The notes: generated by a model from the letters alone, not told the origin. A DNA stretch of 39,122 nt from a virus (IMGVR_UViG_3300025600_000035:1-39122); one strand, 5' to 3'; counted from the stretch's first letter, positions 27,186-34,726 are shown. A program made the numbers and translations.

Positions 27186-27198
27186 TTTATAATCGTTA

Positions 27199-27227
27199 TT
27201 GACAAATAATACCTATCGTTATATAAT
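27199..27227 (+). promoter_or_regulatory. Consensus sigmaA promoter of ncRNA cassette 2
   Basis: TTGACA-17-TATAAT. Confidence 0.85.
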
Positions 27228-27231
27228 TAAG

Positions 27232-27410
27232 CTACAGTTAAGGGAGGATTGCGCACAGGTTCACGTGGATTGACACACACCTGCTTTGCCTTGACACCTA
27301 GCTAGCGGGGGACGGTCTAGCACTGATTGTAGTAGGTGAAAGCGTACCTATCAACGGTACGTGACTACACATAAAAATCCACTCGTCGTAATGATGGGTG
27401 GATTTTTTAT
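27232..27410 (+). ncRNA. Stand-alone structured sRNA (~175 nt) with terminator
   Basis: CTACAGTTA/TGATTGTAG, CAGGT/ACCTG, GCTAG/CTAGC and CGTACC/GGTACG stems; terminator AAAAATCCACTCGTC/GATGGGTGGATTTTT; no ORF. Confidence 0.6.
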
Positions 27411-27543
27411 TTGCCTATTAATAATTATCTCAATATATTTTGATTAATCGGTATATTTTATGCCGTTATTAAAACCAACTTATAACTATACTTCTATATA
27501 TTAGTAAATCTAATAAGTAAACAGGTATAATTTACGAAAGCAT

Positions 27544-27572
27544 TTGCTAATCGAACAAATGTATGGTAAAAT
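27544..27572 (+). promoter_or_regulatory. Promoter of the long non-coding transcript
   Basis: TTGCTA-17-TAAAAT with extended TG; spacer contains an imperfect LexA-box-like CGAACAAATGTATG. Confidence 0.6.
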
Positions 27573-27581
27573 ATTTTCAAT

Positions 27582-27698
27582 AAGAAACAAAAAATCCCCA
27601 CAAGCATTACGCTTACAGGGATTCATTGCGAATTACCCACTGTTGAAAGCAGTTTGTAATTCTTCCTACTGAATGTCTTCACCAGTCAGCAAGAATCT
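27582..27698 (-). ncRNA. Countertranscribed antisense RNA (~110 nt, three hairpins)
   Basis: Minus-strand promoter TTGCGT(27734-27729)-18-TG.TACAAT(27710-27705); stems CTGA/TCAG, GAATTAC..ACTG/CAGT..GTAATTC, and AATCCC/GGGATT ending in a minus-strand U tract. Confidence 0.65.
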
Positions 27699-27771
27699 GA
27701 TTTGATTGTATCATATTATGATATAATTACGCAAGGTTTTTTCACAGGAAAATTTTGGGAAGAAATTTAGT

Positions 27772-27802
27772 AGGACATAGCATAACGCTAGTGTCCTTTT
27801 TT
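27772..27802 (+). terminator. Conditional terminator (attenuator)
   Basis: AGGACA-TAGC-ataac-GCTA-g-TGTCCT-TTTTT; its 5' arm can instead pair with 27664-27674. Confidence 0.7.
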
Positions 27803-28250
27803 ATATGGGCAATAGTGTCGGATCGACGGTAACACAACGTCAAGGCTTCCGAATACAGCCGTAAATAATGAACCCTGCGTTAGCAAGTAGGACAAACTGA
27901 TACCTGCCAAGAGGGGTATTCTTTTCTTTGAGGAGAGAGCAACTACTGCGGTAGATAAGTACGCTAAGTACGCCACAAACAGTTAAAATGTTCTGTAGCA
28001 TCCATGTGGGATTGTTTGTGTTTCAACATAGGTTTAATCACCTTTTGTCATGGCAGAAAAGAATTGGGCAATTGATTAGTTTTAATCAATGGATACCTAT
28101 GTCTGAAAAGACGTGACGACATACATAGTGCCAGAGGGCGTGGTGATGGCTATACTGTGTTAAAACTACAGATACTACTATATGATACCAAGTCATACTG
28201 TTGTATGTCATACTTGCCTGCTTCCCTACCGGGATAAAGGCAAGTTATAC
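27803..28250 (+). ncRNA. Large multi-domain structured RNA downstream of the attenuator (candidate replication primer / plasmid origin)
   Basis: No + strand ORF of 60 aa or more; nested long-range stems 27974-27984/28010-28020, 28021-28033/28095-28108, 28118-28129/28197-28209, 28212-28219/28238-28245. Confidence 0.55.
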
Positions 28251-28357
28251 AAACTTAGAAAACACAGCCTCCTGTTGTAATTTAAAACATAGAACGTGTC
28301 AAGGTTAAACTTGTTATTGTTAGCATATACAAGTTGTTGAGTAAATATACTAAAATA

Positions 28358-28418
28358 AAGTGTCGGACAGATATTGCATAATCTCTAATACATGATATAA
28401 TATAAGTGTCAGACAGAT
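28358..28418 (+). promoter_or_regulatory. Promoter bracketed by 15-bp direct-repeat operators
   Basis: AAGTGTCGGACAGAT (28358-28372) and AAGTGTCAGACAGAT (28404-28418) flank TTGCAT-16-TG.TATAAT. Confidence 0.7.
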
Positions 28419-28434
28419 TCAAGGAGGTGCAATA

Positions 28435-29616
28435 TTGAACATAGGTATAATAGATGCTGATTTAATTGACAAAGGGACTAATTTCCCTAATCTTGCATTA
28501 ATGAAAATATCATCCTATCATAAAAGCATAGGCGATACGGTAGAATTGTTGCTTGATTACACAAACCTCTTATTTGATAAAATATATCTAGCAAAAGTAT
28601 TTGACTTTACAAAAATACCTATCAACTTAGACGACTACCCGCATATTGAATACAACGGTACAGGGTTCTTTTATGACAAAGCCCCCAACTTGCCCGATCA
28701 CATCGAACATTGTATGCCTGACTACAAACTATACTCAATAGACGACGAACACTACAAATACTATTCAATCGGGTATACAACACGCGGTTGTTTTCGTAAA
28801 TGTTCATTCTGTGTTAATAAAAAATATGATAAATCCGAAGTGCATAGTCCTATTAATGAATTTTTAGATAAAAATAGAAAGTATATATGTTGCCTAGATG
28901 ATAATGTTTTAGCTTGCCAGTATTGGTGTAAAATCATTACCGAATTAATAGAAACAAATAAACCGTTTCAATTTAAGCAAGGTATAGATATTAAATTAAT
29001 TACAAAAGAGAAAGCACAACTATTGGCGAGTGCAAAATACAAAGGTGATTATATATTTGCGTTTGACCACGTAGAAGATTGTTTGCTGATTGATAAAAAA
29101 CTTGGCATTTGGCGTGATAATTGTAAAAAAAGCACTAAATTATATGTACTATGTGCATTTGATTCACAAGATGCAAAAGACGTTGAAGGAGTTTTCAAGA
29201 GGATTAAAATACTGTTTAAAAACAAGTGCTTACCGTACATTATGAGGTATAAAGATTATGACGGTTCACCAATGCGAGGAATGTATATAACACTAGCGAG
29301 ATGGTGCAATCAGCCTACATTTGTAAGGAAAATGACATTCAGAGAATTTTGTATAAAAGATAACCAATCGGCTTATAGGTATATGACCGAATTTGAAACA
29401 AATTACCCGTCAATAGCAAAAGAATATTTTGATGTGAGGTATTCAGACAGGTTCAAGCCAAAAGTAATTAAAGCTAAATATAAAATAGAAACCACAAAAA
29501 TATCATGCAGAGTTGAAACTGATAAATTAAACAGGTTAAAAACAGAATACGGGAATTTGACTAATACTGAATTGATTGATAGATTAATTAATGAAAAACT
29601 GTCAGAAACTATATAA
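28435..29616 (+). CDS. Radical SAM protein with C-terminal RHH-like extension
   Basis: TRGCFRKCSFC (CxxxCxxC), FPNLALMKISSYHK, LDDN, F.QG.D; tail TKISCRVETDKLNRLK...NTELIDRLINEKL. Confidence 0.85.
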   Translation: MNIGIIDADLIDKGTNFPNLALMKISSYHKSIGDTVELLLDYTNLLFDKIYLAKVFDFTKIPINLDDYPHIEYNGTGFFYDKAPNLPDHIEHCMPDYKLYSIDDEHYKYYSIGYTTRGCFRKCSFCVNKKYDKSEVHSPINEFLDKNRKYICCLDDNVLACQYWCKIITELIETNKPFQFKQGIDIKLITKEKAQLLASAKYKGDYIFAFDHVEDCLLIDKKLGIWRDNCKKSTKLYVLCAFDSQDAKDVEGVFKRIKILFKNKCLPYIMRYKDYDGSPMRGMYITLARWCNQPTFVRKMTFREFCIKDNQSAYRYMTEFETNYPSIAKEYFDVRYSDRFKPKVIKAKYKIETTKISCRVETDKLNRLKTEYGNLTNTELIDRLINEKLSETI

Positions 29617-29632
29617 AAGGAGAGCATCACCG

Positions 29633-29773
29633 ATGAAAAAAGCAACGTGTGATTTATGCGACCATAACCCAGCCACGACAGCTATTGAAAACAAACACAA
29701 CGGTAAGAAACTGAAAGTTTGTAAGGCTTGTGCTGACTACGTATTGAAAGGAAGGTGTGTAAATGATGATTGA
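29633..29773 (+). CDS. Small zinc-finger protein
   Basis: CDLC...VCKAC; AAGGAG RBS before ATG 29633. Confidence 0.6.
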   Translation: MKKATCDLCDHNPATTAIENKHNGKKLKVCKACADYVLKGRCVNDD

Positions 29774-29925
29774 TGAAAGAACGAAAATTAGAGCGATCCT
29801 CGATGAAGTTATACTGATAATGAAAGAAAACGAAACAAATGTTGAAGATACAAAGAAAGCAATAGCAATATTGGCAGGGATAATTAGAAAGTTAGTTTAA
29901 TCTAAATTGAAGGATGATGTAAATA

Positions 29926-30093
29926 ATGATTGACCATCTTAACCGCATATTCCGAAACCGTCCCGTCGTTTGCCGCGCTTGCAATGCTCATTTTACGGAG
30001 AGCGAGTTAAAAGAACTTCACGACGGTACGGGTGAAGCTATTGTATGCCCGGCGTGCGGGAGCGTGAATTTGGATTATATTGGTGGAAAATAA
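29926..30093 (+). CDS. Small zinc-ribbon protein (55 aa, not in track)
   Basis: VCRAC...CPACGS; AAGGATG RBS. Confidence 0.6.
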   Translation: MIDHLNRIFRNRPVVCRACNAHFTESELKELHDGTGEAIVCPACGSVNLDYIGGK

Positions 30094-30127
30094 CTTTAAG
30101 GGAGTTTAAATTACACTTCTTTTTACC

Positions 30128-30156
30128 TTGACTGTAGTGCTTTTGTAGGTTATAAT
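30128..30156 (+). promoter_or_regulatory. sigmaA promoter
   Basis: TTGACT-17-TATAAT after a terminator-like hairpin. Confidence 0.75.
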
Positions 30157-30175
30157 ATTATTAAGAGGTGAATAT

Positions 30176-30316
30176 ATGAACGTATTTAAGCAAATTAGAA
30201 TTAGTCAAGAACTGCTAGACAGAGCAAAGGTTACTGCAATAAGTTTAGGATTGTCAGTAAGCGGATTTATACGACAGGCGATAATTGAAAAAATAAAAAG
30301 GAGTGATAAAGAATGA
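30176..30316 (+). CDS. RHH DNA-binding protein (46 aa, not in track)
   Basis: MNVFKQIRISQELLDRAKVTAISLGLSVSGFIRQAIIEKI; GAGGTG RBS. Confidence 0.8.
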   Translation: MNVFKQIRISQELLDRAKVTAISLGLSVSGFIRQAIIEKIKRSDKE

Positions 30317-30498
30317 TAAACGAACTAAATAAAGTTATAGGTATAGTTCATAACGACCTAAAAGAAAACAAAAACTTCGGAAGTCTGTTCCAGTTTTGGG
30401 TATCACAACTAACTAGCGAAATTGAGCAACGGACGAATTTGACCGAGAAAGAAAGCCACGACCTAGCTATAAATTGTGTTAAAAGAATTCACCAATAA
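30313..30498 (+). CDS. Hypothetical protein
   Basis: AGGAG RBS, ATGA coupling. Confidence 0.6.
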   Translation: MINELNKVIGIVHNDLKENKNFGSLFQFWVSQLTSEIEQRTNLTEKESHDLAINCVKRIHQ

Positions 30499-30544
30499 CC
30501 CTAGCCCCCGTAGGCCCACGATATGACGAAGAAGGAGGTAACGA

Positions 30545-30817
30545 ATGTACTATGAATTTGCCAAGCAAGACAATGAAACATATCAACGACATATGAAAGA
30601 GTTTGACGACAGACGAAAATTGAAGCAGGATGAAGAAAAAGAAATAACCAAGCAATATTTTGAATTGCGAGAAGTGGCCATAAATAAAGGGTATCGAATC
30701 GAAGGGGCTTGCTTGTATAAGAACCATGAAACATTTAAAATACCAGGGTTAAACGAGCGAACAATACCGACGACGAAAGAACGACTACAATACTTAATAG
30801 ATGAGGTGTACAAATGA
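30545..30817 (+). CDS. Hypothetical protein
   Basis: AAGGAGGT RBS. Confidence 0.65.
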   Translation: MYYEFAKQDNETYQRHMKEFDDRRKLKQDEEKEITKQYFELREVAINKGYRIEGACLYKNHETFKIPGLNERTIPTTKERLQYLIDEVYK

Positions 30818-31121
30818 ACGAATACGATCAACGATTGCTAGATACTGCTCATGCTGAAAATAGGCAATTGTTAGAAAAATTACTAAGAGCGCAAAAAAGG
30901 ATTAAAAAACTTTTAGCTGAGATAAATAAAAACTGGACAGGGGGGAAATAGATAATGAACTGGTTTGTCAAATATAAAATGCGTTGCAGGTCACAATGGG
31001 TGGATTATGATATAACGTGTGGCGCGGTTCTGTCAGACAAGGACAAACATAAAAGAAACGTCGCTGTAAGATTTTGTCGGCTATATAAAATATAAGTAGT
31101 TAGATGAAAGGGGTAGTTGAA

Positions 31122-31346
31122 ATGAGCGTATTTCCCGAAGCAAGAGAATTAAATGATTTTGAAATTTGTATGCAAGGGGAAATAGACTATTTAAAATCCA
31201 TGTTAAAAGGGTCGAAGAATATGCACAGTTGTACTCTAGCCTGCCTTAACGGGGTGCTAGAGCAACTTAACGAGGGAACGGATAGAAACGTATTGATTGA
31301 GTTTATTAAAACGTTCTTGCGGGATAGCAAGCAGGAAGGGAGGTAA
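31122..31346 (+). CDS. Hypothetical protein
   Basis: AAAGGGG RBS before ATG 31122. Confidence 0.55.
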   Translation: MSVFPEARELNDFEICMQGEIDYLKSMLKGSKNMHSCTLACLNGVLEQLNEGTDRNVLIEFIKTFLRDSKQEGR

Positions 31347-31351
31347 CGAAC

Positions 31352-31603
31352 GTGAACGAGATGCATTGCGAATATCACCCATGGGTTACGGAACATTCAC
31401 CTTGCTCATTGTGCCAAGAAGAATTAGAGAAAAGAAACTATCAATCTGATAAACTAAGAACGTTAGAGAGTGAACTACAATCCCTGCGGGAGAACCTAAA
31501 GACGATTGAATGGTCTAGTGTTAGTGGATATGATATTTGTCCTGTATGTGATGGAGATAGAAAACATAATGAAGATTGCTGGTTAGGTAAAGCTGTTAAA
31601 TAA
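31352..31603 (+). CDS. Hypothetical Cys/His-rich protein
   Basis: GGAGGT RBS; CPVC....H..DCWL motif. Confidence 0.6.
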   Translation: MNEMHCEYHPWVTEHSPCSLCQEELEKRNYQSDKLRTLESELQSLRENLKTIEWSSVSGYDICPVCDGDRKHNEDCWLGKAVK

Positions 31604-31612
31604 CCACCGTCG

Positions 31613-31646
31613 AAGCTTACGTTGATATGTAGGCTTTATTTTTTTT
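31613..31646 (+). terminator. Terminator before parA
   Basis: AAGCTTAC/GTAGGCTT plus a T run. Confidence 0.65.
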
Positions 31647-31684
31647 GCCCAGGCAGGAACTATTTTAATATTGTTGAATATACA

Positions 31685-31717
31685 TGATATTAATAACAAT
31701 ACTAATATTAATATTAA
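31685..31717. repeat. parS-like hexamer array 1 (parA promoter/RBS region)
   Basis: TGATAT TAATAA CAATAC TAATAT TAATAT. Confidence 0.55.
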
Positions 31718-31729
31718 GGAGTGAAACCA

Positions 31730-32491
31730 ATGATCATAACGGTTGCCACGCAAAAAGGCGGTTGCGCTAAAACTACTACGGCGGGAATGATCTGCCACAT
31801 ATTAAGCAAAAAATACAAAGTATTAGCTATTGATTTAGACAGTCAGGGATCGTTAACAGACTTAATGACAGGGAGGGATATTTACGATTTCATGGGGGTG
31901 ACGGTGTTTGAAGCGATTAAAAACCAATCCCCGACAGGCTGCATACATAAGGTGTCAAAGTTTATTGATATTATGACCGCTGACGATCACCTGGCGTTAT
32001 TACCCCGATGGTTATATGGAGATTACAAAGGTAATAAATCATTAGCCCTAGCGAACGTTATTAACCAAGTAAAAGATAATTACGATTATATTATTATTGA
32101 CACACCCCCGGCACTTGGAGATCACACAATAAACGCCATATCTGTCAGTAATGCAGTATTAATAATGTTCGGCGTGGGTCGGCAGTCTTATTTGGCTATT
32201 GATAGATTTTTAGAAACTGTTGGACATTGCAAAAAATTAGTAAATCCTAAAATTGAAGTATTGGGAATACTTACAACCATGCTAGAGCCTCGCAGGAGCG
32301 ACCACAGAGCTTTATTAGAAATGGCGAGGGAAACATATGGAGATTTAGTTTTCAAGTCTACAATTGAACGCAGGGCATCGACAGGACGTATTGACATGAC
32401 GGGCTTTAATAAGAATAGTGAACTATCTTCAGCAACGTCCCAATATAAGATATTTGTAAGGGAGATGTTGGAGCGTGGCAATAGACTTTAA
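31730..32491 (+). CDS. parA: ParA/Soj-family partition ATPase (type Ib, no N-terminal HTH)
   Basis: Deviant Walker A QKGGCAKTT, IDLDSQGS, YDYIIIDTPP; start re-called to ATG 31730 from RBS spacing. Confidence 0.93.
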   Translation: MIITVATQKGGCAKTTTAGMICHILSKKYKVLAIDLDSQGSLTDLMTGRDIYDFMGVTVFEAIKNQSPTGCIHKVSKFIDIMTADDHLALLPRWLYGDYKGNKSLALANVINQVKDNYDYIIIDTPPALGDHTINAISVSNAVLIMFGVGRQSYLAIDRFLETVGHCKKLVNPKIEVLGILTTMLEPRRSDHRALLEMARETYGDLVFKSTIERRASTGRIDMTGFNKNSELSSATSQYKIFVREMLERGNRL

Positions 32492-32744
32492 AGCACGAAT
32501 GAAAAGGCCGGTGCAATTAGATATAATTGATCCTGTTATTAATATTAATACTAATGTTAATATTAATACTAATATTATGCAACAACCCCCTAAATATACT
32601 GAAGTTCATAAGGCAACAATGGTTTATATAGAGAATGAATTGTCGAGCGAGTTAGATGTGATCTGCAAGGGCAAAAAGGGGATGAAAAGCAAGATTGTTA
32701 ATGAAGCGTTGAATGATTTTTTTAAGAAAGTCAATAAAAGATAA
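32475..32744 (+). CDS. Centromere-binding protein (ParG/omega-like C-terminal RHH)
   Basis: Overlaps parA; flexible N-terminus; KATMVYIENELSSELD...KSKIVNEALNDFF. Confidence 0.8.
   Translation: MAIDFKARMKRPVQLDIIDPVININTNVNINTNIMQQPPKYTEVHKATMVYIENELSSELDVICKGKKGMKSKIVNEALNDFFKKVNKR
32534..32575. repeat. parS-like hexamer array 2 inside the centromere-binding gene
   Basis: TGTTAT TAATAT TAATAC TAATGT TAATAT TAATAC TAATAT. Confidence 0.6.
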
Positions 32745-32748
32745 TATA

Positions 32749-32780
32749 AAAACAGGCCGCCGTATTGGTAGCCTGTTTTT
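32749..32780. terminator. Bidirectional terminator
   Basis: AAAACAGGC-CGCC-gtatt-GGTA-GCCTGTTTTT between convergent genes. Confidence 0.8.
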
Positions 32781-32784
32781 ATAT

Positions 32785-32979
32785 CTATTTATACGGGTTA
32801 TTTCCCTTGCCGTAGTTATAATTGTTATCCTGCCGCTGATCCGGACTAGACCGATGATGACCCTCTACATACGTACCGTCGCTCTTCTGGTACCCATTCA
32901 CCCACACGTCGGATGCAAATACGGCACTAACAGACATTAGCATGAGCATTAATACAATTAAGCTGACTAGTTTCTTCAT
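32785..32979 (-). CDS. Small secreted protein (signal peptide plus VNGY.K.DGTYV.GH.RS motif)
   Basis: MKKLVSLIVLMLMLMSVSAVFA signal; GGAGTGG RBS. Confidence 0.75.
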   Translation of the reverse strand: MKKLVSLIVLMLMLMSVSAVFASDVWVNGYQKSDGTYVEGHHRSSPDQRQDNNYNYGKGNNPYK

Positions 32980-33234
32980 AATAACCACTCCTTTTTTATC
33001 TTATATTCAATCACTATATCACAATTTTTGTTTATTAAAAGGATTATTTTGTCAAATAGGAGAAAAGTCTTAGGATTATTGTCTAAATTTTAAAAAAACT
33101 TAAACACAAGAAGGAATATTCTTACATAAAGAGAATTGCTTTATTGATGATAGGTTGCGAAAATTGGGGGGTTAAGTTGTTTTATTATGGTTCTTACCAT
33201 TGTTCTAAAATAATAAAAAGGATGATGATAACAA

Positions 33235-33405
33235 ATGCAAGGTAGTGTTGTGGCAAAAAAAAAGATCAATATCGAAATGTTTAAAAACACGCCTAAATTG
33301 GTCTTCTTGATGGAAACGATATATAAATATGAAATTGACATTAATAAACTTAATGAAGAACAACAGAATGAAATTATTGCCTGCTTATTTATCGCCAGTA
33401 GATAA
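33235..33405 (+). CDS. Small hypothetical protein convergent with the repressor (56 aa, not in track)
   Basis: AAGGATG RBS; MQGSVVAKKKINIEMFK...IASR; 3' end overlaps the repressor 3' end. Confidence 0.45.
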   Translation: MQGSVVAKKKINIEMFKNTPKLVFLMETIYKYEIDINKLNEEQQNEIIACLFIASR

Positions 33406-33648
33406 TTGATCTATTATAACCTGCCTGTCTTTTTGGGACAGGCTTTTTAATTTAATTAATTCAGAGTCGTTGAGAAAATCAACGGCTTTTTTGTCGTCGC
33501 AATTCTTTTCAAAAAATTCTCTCAATATAACCGTTACCATGCTACTTAAAGAACGATCTTCTTTTAAGGCCATTTCCTCCAATGTATTTTTTATATCTCC
33601 TGGGATTCTTACAGTTAAAGATGGTTTTTGTGACGGCATTGCAATCAT
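33385..33648 (-). CDS. Mnt/Arc-like RHH repressor (candidate immunity repressor)
   Basis: KPSLTVRIPGDIKNTLEEMALKEDRSLSSMVTVILREFF plus C-terminal extension. Confidence 0.8.
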   Translation of the reverse strand: MIAMPSQKPSLTVRIPGDIKNTLEEMALKEDRSLSSMVTVILREFFEKNCDDKKAVDFLNDSELIKLKSLSQKDRQVIIDQLSTGDK

Positions 33649-33678
33649 GCTCCTTACGTGCGTTTTATTTATGTATTT

Positions 33679-33803
33679 ATTGTATCACAGTGCTTGCAAA
33701 TAATAAAGGGACTAAAGTCCTATAAATATAGGTCTAAAATATCTATTTATTTACATATTTTACAAAATTTATACTTGTATTTGCACGCACTTGCGGTTAT
33801 ACT
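33679..33803. promoter_or_regulatory. Divergent promoters with symmetric operators
   Basis: Rightward TTGTAT(33775)-17-TATACT; leftward TTTATT-17-TG.TACAAT; AGTGCTTGCAAATA (33689-33702) and TATTTGCACGCACT (33778-33791) are inverted copies with 1 mismatch. Confidence 0.75.
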
Positions 33804-33851
33804 ATAAATATACCAAGTGCAAACGAACACAAATGAAAGGGAGGTGTGAAT

Positions 33852-33995
33852 ATGACTAAACCATCGTTGACTATCAGAACAGATATTAAATTACGCGAAA
33901 TTATAGAGGTTTATGCAAACGAAAGAGGGATTAGCATTTCGGCGGCAGTGAACATTGCTTTGTTTGATAAATTTAAGAAAATAAAGGAAGTGTAA
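33852..33995 (+). CDS. Arc/Cro-analogue RHH protein (47 aa, not in track)
   Basis: GGAGGTG RBS; MTKPSLTIRTDIKLREIIEVYANERGISISAAVNIALFD. Confidence 0.8.
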   Translation: MTKPSLTIRTDIKLREIIEVYANERGISISAAVNIALFDKFKKIKEV

Positions 33996-33997
33996 AA

Positions 33998-34726
33998 ATG
34001 TCTGAATTAACAATCGTAAAAGATGGACAGGCAGTAACGACTAGCCGACAAGTAGCTGAGAGTTTCGGAAAGTTACATAAAGATGTATTGGTAAGTATTA
34101 GAAGTATTATCGACTCAGCGGGAAATTCCGCTCAGTGGTTATTTGAATCAACCTACAAAGATTCCACGGGAAGAACATTACCCGAATACGTAATGAACCG
34201 TGACGGCTTTACTCTCCTAGCAATGGGCTTTACTGGCTCTGATGCAATGCAATGGAAGATTAAATACATACAAGCGTTCAACGACATGGAAAAACAACTT
34301 CATAATAAACAACTATCTAAACTTGAAATACTCGAACTGGCCATTGCGTCTGAAAAGAAAGTTATTGAACTTCAAGCGGTGATTACGGAACAAAAACCAA
34401 AAATAGTCTTTGCTGAATCGGTAGAGTGCAGTAAAACATCAATCCTGATTAAAGGACTGTCGGTGATACTTAGCCAGAACGGCATCGACATTGGCCAGAA
34501 CAGACTGTTTACCTATCTAAGAGACGAAGGGTATTTATGCAAGCAACAAGGTAGGAATTACAACAAGCCTACTCAACGGTCAATGGAGCTTAAAATAATG
34601 CAAGAGAAAACGACAACGATAAATAAGCCTGACAGAGAGCCTATTATCACTAATACGCCGCTTGTCACCGGAAAGGGAATATTGTACTTTGTTAATAAGT
34701 TTTTGAACAGTCAGGCGGTGAGTTGA
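33998..34726 (+). CDS. Rha-family regulator fused to a KilA-C/ANT antirepressor domain
   Basis: TTSRQVAESFGK.HKDVL, MNRDGFTLLAMGFTG..A..WK.KYI.AFN; KPKIVFA, IGQNRLF, PTQRSME, VTGKG..YFVNKFL. Confidence 0.92.
   Translation: MSELTIVKDGQAVTTSRQVAESFGKLHKDVLVSIRSIIDSAGNSAQWLFESTYKDSTGRTLPEYVMNRDGFTLLAMGFTGSDAMQWKIKYIQAFNDMEKQLHNKQLSKLEILELAIASEKKVIELQAVITEQKPKIVFAESVECSKTSILIKGLSVILSQNGIDIGQNRLFTYLRDEGYLCKQQGRNYNKPTQRSMELKIMQEKTTTINKPDREPIITNTPLVTGKGILYFVNKFLNSQAVS

Noticed and set aside
27788-27976. 62-aa minus-strand ORF as a Rep or leader protein
   Set aside because: No RBS, atypical start and no recognisable motif; it lies antisense to densely base-paired sequence.
26813-28434. CRISPR array, group I/II intron, or hammerhead/pistol/twister ribozyme in the non-coding island
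   Set aside because: No regularly spaced repeats, no interrupted gene, and I could not find the conserved catalytic cores by eye; a covariance-model search is still needed.
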